From Balanoglossus misakiensis (lineage: Eukaryota; Animalia; Hemichordata), in assembly GCA_040954595.2 (NCBI GenBank), contig CM082580.2, positions 2,470,783-2,534,782 on the forward strand: DNA of 64,000 bases, read 5' to 3'. This document shows, piece by piece, positions 14,201 to 25,260 of the stretch. A program made the position numbers and the translations under genes. Positions within the stretch are counted from its first letter, which is position 1, and every line of letters begins with the position of its first letter. The notes under the pieces are model-generated. The model did no database searches. It was not told the DNA's origin and saw only the letters and a program-made list of their open reading frames with translations.

Positions 14201-17200
14201 TTGGGCAAAATTTTTTGACCCATACTGTTCCATGTCCAACAAAAACTAAAACTCTAGCTCTATTGGTTCGCCTGTAATTAGGTATGTGCATATTTAATGA
14301 GGTCAGCAGGTGTCACAGGTGACCCAAAAATGTGGCTGTACATTTTGGCCCCATCCTGCCAAATGCCAAGGGTGTATCTGCTCTGGATGCTGAGATATGC
14401 GAAAGTAGGTCAAAGGTCGCCTGAGGTCACCAAACATTTGGGCAAAATTTATTGACCCATACTGTTCCATGTCCAACAAAAACTAAAACTCTAGCTCTAT
14501 TGGTTCGCCTGTAATTAGGTATGTGCATATTTAATGAGGTCAGCAAGTGTCACAGGTGACCCAAAAATGTGGCTTTACATTTTGGTCCCATCCTGCCAAA
14601 TGTCATGGCTGTATCTGCTCTGGATGCTGAGATATGCGAAAGTAGGTCAAAGGTCACCAGAGGTCACCCAAAATTTGGGCAAACAATTTTGATCCCATAC
14701 TGGTCCATGTCCAACAAAAACCAAACCTCTAGCTCTATTGGTTCGCCCGTAATTAGCTATGTACATAATTAATGAGGTCAGCAGAGGTCATGAAAAGTAG
14801 CAAAATATTTTGATCACACACTAATCCACATGCATCAAAAACCAAACGTCTAGCCCTATAGGTTAGCCTGGAATTAGATATGCTAAAATAATAATGCGTG
14901 ATAAGTAGGTCAAAGGTCATGTGAAAAATCTCCAAAAAATTGTAACATATTTTACTCACATGACGATTGATATCCATTAAAAGAATTTGTATGCTATCAA
15001 TTTTTAGACTAGAAAAAGGAATTTCAATTTTTCACTGCTTTTTACAAAATCCAATATGGCCGCCATAATCTTCGACCAATCACAATGCTCTTTGCAAATT
15101 TGATAGACAACAGTGTAGTGACCATACTCCCCGAATCTTGCGACTCAGTCATCGACCGTTCTGGAGAATAAGATTTTTGGAGTTTAACTATGGTTTTTCG
15201 AAAATCCAATATGGCCGCCATAATCTTCGACCAATCACAATGATCTTCGCAAACTTGATAGACATCAGTTAGGTGACCACATACCCCAAACCGCGTGTCT
15301 CGGTTATCACCGGTTCTGGAGAAGAAGATTTTTGAAATTTAAGCCAGATTTCAGGAAAAAAATTGTAGCAAAAAAACTGCAACTTTTACAGCATAATTTC
15401 CGATTACAAAAATGATGGGCAGAAGGTAGTCTACCTGCATGCCAAATTTGAAGTCGATCTGACTTGTAGTTTCTGAGATCTGAGATTTGCATTTTTTCAG
15501 AAAATCCAATATGGCCGCCAGGTCACGTGACTAATTAAGTATTCACAAGTCACTGCACATCTACTCATTGACCTTGACCACTGTAGCAAGTTTGAGAAGT
15601 GTACCTGCAGTAGTTTCAGAGATCTCGTTGGCCGAAGAATTGACACAAGAATAAAGAAAGAAAGAAAGAAAGAAAGAAAAATTCCAACGAAACCAATAGG
15701 GCCCAAGCGCTTGCTTGCGCTTGGGCCCTAAAAAACCCCAACGAAACCAATAGGGCCCAAGCGCTGGTATGCGCTTGGGCCCTAAATATTCCAACAATAC
15801 CAATAGGGGCACAAGCCCGATAGGCTTGTGCCCCTAAATACCCATTTATGCAAGCTATGCTCATCAAAATGCATGCAGTGTTTCATGACTGTGAACACGT
15901 AAGCTAACCAATAATCTACTGACCACTGGTCAAAATTCAACCAAAAAGTAGTAAAAATGGGAGGAAATGTTTTCCAATAATGACGGGGATGCTGTTGCGA
16001 TCATGGAGGAACTTCCATGATGCAACCGACCTACCTGTATCCGAGTTGTTTACATGCAACTGACGCCGTGTTGTCGTCAGGGAAACACAGTCTTCGCCAT
16101 ATACCGTCAAAGAAAATCTCCACTCTACCCTCGTGTGACGTCAGTCCGCCGACTAAGCGAATGTCCCAGTTTTCTGCAGGAAGGGGTCGGGAAATAAATA
16201 TTTATCCATTGGAGAATACAGAATAATGTTACAAAACGAAACATCATTATCATCATCATCGGTCAGTCAGTCAGTCAGTCAGTCGGACAGTCAGTCATAA
16301 CTTAGCACCAACAGTAATGTCAATGAATAGCAAAGCTGGCGTTTGCGATGAAATAGTTTTTATACATGTACTCTTTTGATGGATGCATAAACATGTAGAA
16401 CATTTTACCTGGCACCTCACAAAACATTACCGGCTCATTAGATTGGCAACCACCACCGCCACCATTATGTGTGCAGTCCATCAGTGTGTTCTCATACCCG
16501 TTACATCGGACGTTCTTAAAATAAATGAAACCAGGGCCTTGCCCGTATGTATTGACACTTCCAAATTGTCCACCCCTGGTAAAGAAATGAAATAGGCAAG
16601 TACTTACGAAGTGTTGACAATTGTTAATTACAGACATGCAGATAGACACACATATATTGCCACATATAATATTTTTGTGTGTTTGCGATACGCTCTAATA
16701 TACACTAATTCGCGTGTTGACTGATTTCCTTATTCATGATGTCCCCGAATGGTTTCTTCTCATTGACAATTATTACTTTGCTGATCAACGTAAAACAACA
16801 CAACGATGTGGACCTTACCGATATTCCAACTGCCTGCACACAACGGCAGCAACATTGTCATTCATACCGTCAGCGCAAACAGACTCCCACCGGTCGTAAT
16901 TAGAATTGAAGATTTCAAGTCGTCCTTCGTAGGCCCAGGTACCACCAACAAGGCGAACAGTTCCACCTTCTGCAAATAAGGTAGATTTACCGACCATTTG
17001 CATGTACAAATATCATCCAACTATCAAAATATGGAATACAATATAAAGTCTGTCAGTGAACAAAAAAAAATTAAATTCATAACTTTAAAACGGTCAAATA
17101 TGTACTCCGTTGATGTATGTAAGGATAATTTCGTTGGTGACCTATCGACAAAACGCCTACTCCAATCATTTGGTTACCACAAGAAAAAATAGTAAACATT

Positions 17201-20200
17201 GCCACAGAGTACTAAAAGTCGTTATTCTTCTCTATATGAAAGGCCCTGTCAATCGAGAAAGCATTACTATAGCCCACATTTACTCTAAACCCGCGTGCAT
17301 CCAGGCATTTCTCCCCACTGTCAATGACTCGCTTGATTTAGAAGTACCTACCTATAAATTTTTCATTTATCAACAATACAAATGGACGTAACTCATGTAA
17401 ATTGTTAAGAAGCCAAAGACTAAACATTTCATACAGCTATCCAGAATGGAACAAGAAATTAGAGTTGATACATGGGTAAAAATACAGAAAAAATAGCTAA
17501 ATCACAAGAAACAGACACAGAAAATGCAAGGACTGCTAGCTGACAAAGTTAAAGAACGAAATAATGTCCAGCTATTCCGTATGAAACACGGATATACAAG
17601 TATTACTTCCCAACTCACCTGGTATTTTACAGTGAATGCCCACGTCCTCTTCGTGCTTGCAATTGTGTGCACCCCAACCACGGTGACCGCATTTACTGAA
17701 CGTTAGTTCGTGTCCCGTGCAGTCTATGTTATCTAATACGATGTTTCCAAAGCCTTGTCCATATGAACCCAGAGGCTGTACCTCACCACCACTGACAGGA
17801 GAAGTAATACTATCCGTTGCGTATTTGCCGTTATTTGATTTAAGTGTTCGGATTTTTCCGCTATACCAGTGGAATCAAGCTCACGAGAACTGAGAATATG
17901 ATTCTTTCTTTACTTTCCCGTGATACCTTGATACCTGGCAAATGTTGGTTGATTTTATTTAAACTCAATTAGCTGTAACTTTTTCGCTGTGTTTTCAGTC
18001 TTTTTGTTTTGAGTATCTACTGTTTCTTGTTCGAATGTTTGAAATATAATGAAATGTACAGCATTTAGCTTATCAACACAGCACATATGTGTATAGTTAC
18101 TATTGTTGTTGTGCAATCTTTGAATTCTTCAAGTCCGTACTTGAATGCATTTATTAGCAATATCAATAGCCGTTACACACATACAGGCTATGTTGACTAC
18201 CAGAGTACTGGGTACATTTGCGTGATGTTTGGAGTACAACAAGAAACTGCATTTAGTACACAGAACAAAAATGCTGAAAATAAAGCAAAAATACAGCTTA
18301 TACTGAATACAAAAGAGGGACATTATAACGAAGACGTATCCATATATTGTCTCAACTTGCCTCACCAATGTCATTACTGGAAGCTAACATAATACGCCCA
18401 CTGTTGCATCGCTGTACGTCATAATATTCATAAAATACCATCACTAACCTGTATCCCAGCTGTCTGCATGCAACGACAGCGTCTTTGTCATCGAATTCGT
18501 CATCGCAAACACTTCCCCATTCACCGTGAAAATAAACTTCAACTCTTCCTTCGAAATCCACAATGCCGTTGCTAAGTCTGATTTCACCATCCGCTGTTGG
18601 AAGATGACATTGCAATATGGATTATTATAATCTTAACTTCACCCGTCGATTTACTTACATTGACAGACATGTATTGATTTTAATTGCTATTCTCTGTTAG
18701 ATTTTATAGTTTGCTTGGATTGTTTTACATGTCTATACAGTTTGCATGGTATTTTTCGCAAATAGGGGAACACATGTAACCGGTATGTTTCTAAGTTGCG
18801 ATATAAAGAATAGGCTTACCGGGAATACTGCATGTAACACCGACGTCTTCACTGTGTGCACAATTTTCAATTCCCCAACCCGGGTTGTAACAATCAGTAA
18901 GCGCATTTTCATGCCCGGCACAACCCACGTTATCAAGCCACACCGGGTCTACTCCTCCAGCGTGTGTGTAGAAACTCCCGCCACTATATGCACAAACCAT
19001 TTTAGCATTTGAAAATATGTGTCTGTATCTAATGGTACGTGATAAGGACATGCGAAATGATAGAAATAAGAATCGACGTTTTAGTTAAATTTAATATAGG
19101 CCTACCTACATGTAGCCCAACTGCCGACACACAACCTGTGCCTCAACGGCTTCAAAAAGGTCATCGCACACGGTTCCCCAGGTATCAGCATGATATATTT
19201 CCACCCGTCCAGCGTTGGGACCACTGCCACCGACCAATCGAATAGTCCCGTCTGTGGTTAAGTGAAGTGAAGAAAATATATTGGTGTGCTATACAACGTG
19301 TATAAACAGATGTCGAGTAGATTATTTAAAAGCTCAAAAATCATATCATTTGAAAGTTGGTACTTATGCGACTTCTTGTCTGGCTGATAAACAATCTTTG
19401 TTCACATCTCCATGAATGGACACTTTTTTTCGATAAACACAGTCGGAAAAAACAATGTGCCACGTTTTATTATTCTTGACAAAAATGATAAGCTAGTACT
19501 TTAGCTTTGGACCGCAATGAATGCTTTAGTGTTAGGGGTATATCACCCTAAACAAACACTCAACAAAATTCATGTGCACTTAACACAGCTGATCACTTCA
19601 ATCCTTTGTGGCGCGGTCTCGGTTGATAAAAAAGGAGTGGTGGACAAATTGTCCGTCTTAGATGATAAGAAACAGATATTGCGATTATTGTGTCTTCTTA
19701 AATAGAATCTAAGTAAAAATTATAATGTTCACATTTGTACATCCGTGAAATTTGAGAACGCGATGTGGCAAGAAATCTACCCCGCTAGCTATGCCACTAG
19801 CAATTCATTATGAGGGTCATTCTGGCAGTTCCATTCTTTCATGGAGGAGTCCAATTTTGAACTGTGAAGTTGAACGCTAAACAAACACCCATGGGAGGAG
19901 GATTCAAAAACGATCGAAGGGAAGGGATAGATAATTGATTCAAAACACCGAAATTTTCATATTCGCTTATGAATGCACTCATCCCGTTTAATTGTCAGAA
20001 CCCTGACCTTGAGCACAAGACACCGCTGCATCTTCAACATGGAGACAGTTATGCACCTCCCAACCAATCAGCGTGCAGCTACTCAGATTTCTTTCTTCGC
20101 CATTGCATGAAAAACCATCCAGCCATATTTTGCCATCACCATAACCAAATATTGCTGAATTTAAGATTTCATTGGGTGTCCTGGGAATGTAAAGCTGTAG

Positions 20201-23200
20201 TGTCGTCATGTATGCCAGACAACAATGTATAAGGGTACTCGAAAAAGGGAAATATTCACATTTAAAATGAAATGGGCCTAAGTTCGGACATCGATAGCCA
20301 TTTATTGATCCATTTAGTATACATTTACCCATTGTAAGTCAATGCATAATAAATAATCTTAATGAAAAACAAGTAAAATTTCTTGACTTACAATTGACCA
20401 AGGTGCCTGCAGACAACTGTTGCTGCGTTTCTGTCAAAATTATCATCGCAAACCGTGCCCCATTCTCCGTCGTGGTATATTTCAACACGGCCTTCGTTTG
20501 GTGTCACTCCGCCCGCTAAACGAATTTCACCCTCTGTTAAGACATGCGCATTATTATTGAACGAAGCAGTGTGAAGATGGAAAGCATGGTTCAAACAGCA
20601 GTCAGCGTCATTTGCCGCAAGTAAATTAATGTTTGTTATATAAGCACTTCAACCCTATCCTATCATTTTGTTTTTCTTATTTGCAATAGATGGAAACTGA
20701 CAATAACAGATCTGTTGAGAGTAACTGATTTACATTTCGCCAACATAATCATATGCGAAGCGCTGTTAAATTGTGCCAAGGAAGAATAGCGTTACAAGGC
20801 CGAATAAACGTTTCAACAAACCTCTTTCACAGTCCAGGCGAACGTCTTCAGAGTGCACACAGTTATGTTGTCCCCAACCTTTGTGGCCGCACTGACTTAG
20901 CTTTATTTCATTGCCAGTGCAACGTACGTCATCCAACCAGATGATGCCATCGCCGACCTGAGAGCCAGGTCTGAAGTGTCCAATGCTACAACACGTAAAA
21001 CGGCAGAAATATTTACAACGATTATTCAACTATTTTAGTCTGTGCAACGACTTGACTTTCTTGTTCCGTTTCCTAAAGCGTGTTTACTAGTAGCAACTTG
21101 TCAACAAAATGAGCTTATTGTTGACATTTGAATAACATTCCAGACTAAAACTCAATTGTCAACAATAACATTGCCAGTTATACACCAATAGGCTATGATA
21201 ACAAGTTGTATGTACATGTTCTGGGAGTAGAGCACGAAAGGGCACTGATTACACAATAGAAACACTGAAACTCTTACTTAAAACGTCACAGCTACAATAT
21301 TCGGTTTGCATTTCATATCAAGAGGAATAGTGATGTAGACGATGTTACCCACATAAAATATTGTCAACATGCATTACAATGCATTTTACAGGATTCTTGT
21401 TCATTGCACATGTCTTAATTAAATCAAGATGCACAGTAGTGCATGAAAGCCCTTCCTGACGCCCTCAACTTTCACATTAGGTGAGGTAAAGTTTAATCTT
21501 TTCGATTTAGTGTCTCTCGTAATACTTAAATATTAACAGGTTTATAAGAGGGCGGTTTCACATGGGTTTGGAAGCAGTACATTTAAAAATGCAGTAGCTC
21601 ATACACGGAACTAAAACAATATTTAAGGGACAAAGTCTCTCTCTCGCTGCCCCTTTTCCCATCAATTATGTTTGATATAAGACACTCTCTATGATAATTT
21701 ACATGTGGATATATATTGAATTAGTGTTCAACCACACACACCTTCCATCCCGCTTGTAGACACAAGAGGGAAACAACTCGCCAAAATGAATTAATCGGTC
21801 TCTACCGTTTATTCATTTTGGCGATATTTTCACTCTCATATCCTACAAACGGGATGGAAGTTGTGTGTGGTCGAATGTTGATCCACTATATATCCACATG
21901 TAGAATAACATAAACGGTGTATTGTATCAAACATAATTAATAGAAAGGGGCAGAGAGAGAGACTTTGTCCCTTTAATGCAAAATGTTGTCAGCATTGCAG
22001 TTGATTTACATTTAAAAAGCAGTAAAATCACTAATTAAATCAACGATAATGCTGAAGATATACATATTGTTGAACAAAAGACCAAACCTGTATCCTAACT
22101 GTCTACACGCAACCCTCAAAGCCACTTCATCAAAATAATCATTGCAAACAGTGCCCCATTGGCCAGCATGGTAAACTTCCAGAAGAGAATCAGAAAGCCT
22201 TATATCACCTTCACCTAAAATGTACCAAAGATAATATTGTTGCATAGTCCGTGATTATCAGCCTGGTGTAAACATAAACTATCACAAATTTATAAATCTT
22301 GTGTTCGAATACGGCCATTATACTGTTTCAACATCGCATATGTGATGATAACAAAAGCACATCTTTTCGCTCATAATTAAAGGGGCGAAGCTGCTGATTT
22401 TTGACAGTTGTTTGGTATTGTACATGTACTTTCTTGTGATAATTATTCACGTTGCTTTGCTCAATGAAACATGTCCATTTGCTCATACACCTCAACCCTG
22501 TATATTGGGAAAATATGATAATTATGTATGACTGTTAATATTTGCACTGTGAGGGAAATGGAAGGAAAACTGCTTTATGCCGTAAAATTACTTTAATGTG
22601 TACTTGTGTTACGTTCCGTTTCCAGGTGTTGACATAAACATTCAGTTTGGTTTGGTTTAGACGACGAAATCGAGTCAGTTATCAGCCAACACTTCACTAC
22701 GTCATTATTACTGAAGTAGAAAACTTACTTGGTATTGTAGTGCAAGTGACACTGACATCTTGATAATGGGCACAATTGTGGACATTCCTGGCAGATATAC
22801 AGTTGAAGAGGGAGCCTTCGGTTCCTTGGCAACCAATGTTATCTAACCAGATAGGTCCGTTGCCTTTTCCATATTTAGCGTCAAGTTGTACTTCACCGCC
22901 GCTGCAACGATACACAAATCACCGGCATGACACACACGTTTGGGAATGACAACCTGGTTTGAACAAACCCCCATCTACAGCCCAGCATGCATTTGCACAC
23001 TGAATATCAAGGTGATACGCCCAGCGGTTTCCAAGTTTTTGATGCATACATTCAAACCATGGTGTTACATACATAGAGTGCAGTGATCAGGTCTGTCATC
23101 TTTTCTTGGTGCCTTTTATGGAGTATTGTAATGTTGCAATACCTGTAACCGAGCTCTCTGCAGACCACGATGGCAGCGTTCGTGTCGAAACCATCGCCAC

Positions 23201-23299
23201 ACACAGTTCCCCACACACCATCAACAAACACCTCCAACCTCCCCTCATTTGGTAAAACGGAGTTTACCAGTCTAACACGTGTCGCATTGGTTGTCCCAC
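1535..23299 (-). CDS. Multi-domain scavenger receptor cysteine-rich (SRCR group A, DMBT1/neurotrypsin-like) protein with 9 SRCR domains, no TM; signal exon not located
   Basis: 18 exons read with GT/AG sites and consistent phases (5' to 3'): 23143-23299, 22729-22901, 22088-22214, 20822-20985, 20392-20533, 20008-20180, 19110-19251, 18820-18983, 18449-18593, 17619-17791, 16819-16969, 16409-16575, 16035-16173, 4089-4267, 3522-3666, 2316-2488, 2039-2183, 1535-1709. Odd exons encode RLVGG..EGRVEI....WGTVCDD.F....A.VVCRQLG. Even exons encode G.G.IWLD.V.C.G.E..L..C...WG..NC.H.EDV.V.C. TGA follows the last domain (VVCTPP*). Confidence 0.92.
2226..2306. repeat. (TATG)n microsatellite in an SRCR intron
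   Basis: About 20 perfect TATG units. Confidence 0.97.
2787..3181. mobile_element. MITE with GGCC termini and TAA target duplication (Zator- or Harbinger-type)
   Basis: Imperfect ~29-bp TIRs: GGCCAGGAAGAAAAAATAAATTGTTCATC at the left and GATGAACAAGATTTTTATTCTCTCTGGCC at the right. TAA flanks both sides (2784-86, 3182-84). Confidence 0.7.
4847..15837 (-). mobile_element. Nested cluster of about 7 non-autonomous Helentron/Helitron2-like (HINE-type) elements with internal ~238-bp and ~155-bp tandem repeats
   Basis: Units begin on + with AATTAAAGCTGCAAGCAGC (minus-strand hairpin GCTGC-TT-GCAGC) at about 4847, 6062, 7487, 8966, 10397, 12363 and 13779, each followed by a GGGCCCAAGC (or GGGGCACAAGC) sub-terminal repeat. 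The opposite ends carry (GAAA)n and a TAGGGCCCAAGC..GCTTGGGCCCTA stem-loop. No TSD and no coding capacity seen. The superfamily call rests on structure only. Confidence 0.75.
21626..21972. mobile_element. Foldback MITE, Kolobok-like (AGGG...CCCT, TTAA-like site)
   Basis: The whole element is an imperfect palindrome centred near 21800 (AGGGACAAAGTCTCTCTCT / AGAGAGAGACTTTGTCCCT; ACATGTGGATATATA / TATATATCCACATGT; CGCCAAAATGAAT / ATTCATTTTGGCG). Flanks are TTTA and TTAA. Confidence 0.75.
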
Positions 23300-23420
23300 C
23301 TACATGTATGCAATGAAAAAGATAATAACATATTGCCACTACCGCCGTGTGTTTTTCCAGCCGGAATATCTAACACACTCATCACAAAACGTATTATTAG
23401 CCCTTTACTTATTGTATTTA

Positions 23421-24607
23421 GGGGTTATTACACTAATTTTGGTCGATAACGCGTCGTATTTGAGTGATGTCCGTATTTTGACGAGTTGCGCTTCGCAACG
23501 AGTCAAAATACGGACATCACGAGAATGCGTCGCGTTATCGACCAAAATTAGTGTAATAACCCCTTTATCATACATGCCTACCTATAAAATAGTACGATTT
23601 GCGAAAATGCGCCGAGAAAAACAATTTCAAATTTGAACCGGGCGCTGGGATCACGGCAGTAGCCATGTTGTGACGTATGACGTGTGGGCCGTAGTATAAT
23701 TTTAAGGGGGTTGGCAGCTTTCATTACGATGGGCACATCCGCATTCTAAATAAACTTGTCTACGTTCTCTTTCAAAATATCATGTTAACAATTATTTCGC
23801 ATTGAGAATTTCGAAGAAGTAAAAATGATACATTCAACATGGCAAAACCGCCAGCTTTGAAAACGTTATTTCAGCTTCTAATAACCGGAGACGCCATTGT
23901 CTTATCCTTCCCAAATTTTGTCAAAATAACAAAACATTAATTGGCAGTATGTTTGGGAACCTCGGAATATCCCTCGCTATCGCCAGTTTCTCAAATATTG
24001 CCGATGCTATCTTGCGACCTGAGCTAAACCACCGATGAAATGAGCCAACATGATCGCCGAAACATGCGGATTTTTCAACATTCTGGCACGTTCTTTTATT
24101 ATCCTTCTCAACTATCGTCAGAATAACAGAACATTTAGTTGTCAGTGTGTTTTGGAACCTCGAAAATTACGAAAAAACTCTCGTTATCGCCAGTATTTTC
24201 AAAATTTACCGCTGCGATCTCGCGACCTCAGTTGAATCACCGATGAAAGGACCCGACTTGACCCTACTTTGCATAACAAAGGTTGCGTCATTTTGTCCAA
24301 TGAGCGGCCATCTCTGGGTTGCATAGCCTTTGGCGCATCACTGTAATGAAAATCAATATGCCGCGATCGAAACTTTGATTTTCGTCAAATCTGGGGAAAC
24401 ATATGCAATAATAACAGAACTTCATGACCTCTGCGCGCGATCTGTGCAGTATGGATATTATTTTCACTCGTGATAAGGTGTATTCTTCCGTATTTTTACT
24501 CGCTGTCGCTCGTGAAAATACTCGGAAGAATACACCTTCTCACTCATGAAAATAATATCCATACTGCACAGATCGCGCGCAGAGGTCATGAAGTTCTGTC
24601 ATATTAT
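23421..24607. mobile_element. Repeat bounded by two long hairpins (23421-23563 and ~24407-24607), probably Crypton-related and non-autonomous
   Basis: Palindromes GGGGTTATTACACTAATTTTGGTCGATAACGCG / CGCGTTATCGACCAAAATTAGTGTAATAACCCC and CAGAACTTCATGACCTCTGCGCGCGATCTGTGCAGTATGGATATTATTTTCA / TGAAAATAATATCCATACTGCACAGATCGCGCGCAGAGGTCATGAAGTTCTG. There is also an internal degenerate duplication with ~200-bp spacing (23951-24040 vs 24149-24248). Confidence 0.6.
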
Positions 24608-25260
24608 TACACCTCACGTATTATACCATATTCGTGATTGGCTGAGACGCGCTCACGTGATATAGAAAAAAAAGTGATATAACATGGCTAGAGTTGATAA
24701 AGCCCTGTCGCGTGCGCTGATATTGCCCGCTGGGTTGTTTTGTGTTCTGCGCGCGACTTCTGCGCGTTCCAAACTGTCGTTCAATGGCTTCCTCCACGAT
24801 CAGTCAACTCCCGCATCTATGGCTTCAAAGCGACACATAGGCTTAACACCTGTTCAACTGGACCATATTTTACCACAAACGGACAGTAAATACAACAAAA
24901 TCGCAACCAACAGTGCAGTATTTTCAAAATAATCTAAGTTCGAAGTAGGTATCGTATAATTCTTGGGAGATCGATACATTTTACATTCACAGCAACGTAC
25001 GACATATGGACGCGCGTCTACGTTCTTCTATGCCTGCCTTGTATGTACGTTCAAATGTTCGGCGTAATAAAATTAATAACACATGATGCTCGGGCAACAT
25101 CACGATTTGAAGCCTGCTCTCGGGCTGGTGATCTCTGACCACAATATTGATGATACCCTCGCCTGCGGCTCGGGCATCATCAATATTATAGTCAGAGATC
25201 ACCATCCCTCGTGCAGGCTTCAAATCGTGATATTGCCCTCGCTATCATGTGTTATTATTT
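24601..25260 (+). mobile_element. Crypton-like non-autonomous element with terminal hairpin (25075-25256), copy 1
   Basis: The short ORF remnant MASKRHIGLTPVQLDHILPQTDSKYNKIATNSAVF resembles the RF..L...EL......S.NT..AT..AV..F N-terminus of DUF3504/Crypton tyrosine recombinases (recognised from memory, not searched). It ends in a 182-bp hairpin, and a second copy lies inverted at 52605-54133. Confidence 0.6.

Noticed and set aside
4847-15837. Many recurring 60-155 aa ORFs ([10 protein letters not shown]..., [10 protein letters not shown]...) and a superficially CRISPR-like periodicity
   Set aside because: The ORFs are by-products of the repeated DNA and are broken differently in each unit. 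There are no unique spacers or cas genes, and the context is eukaryotic.
22377-22590. Possible TTAA-flanked Kolobok-like MITE starting AGGGGCGAAGCTG
   Set aside because: The right-hand TIR is too degenerate to define.
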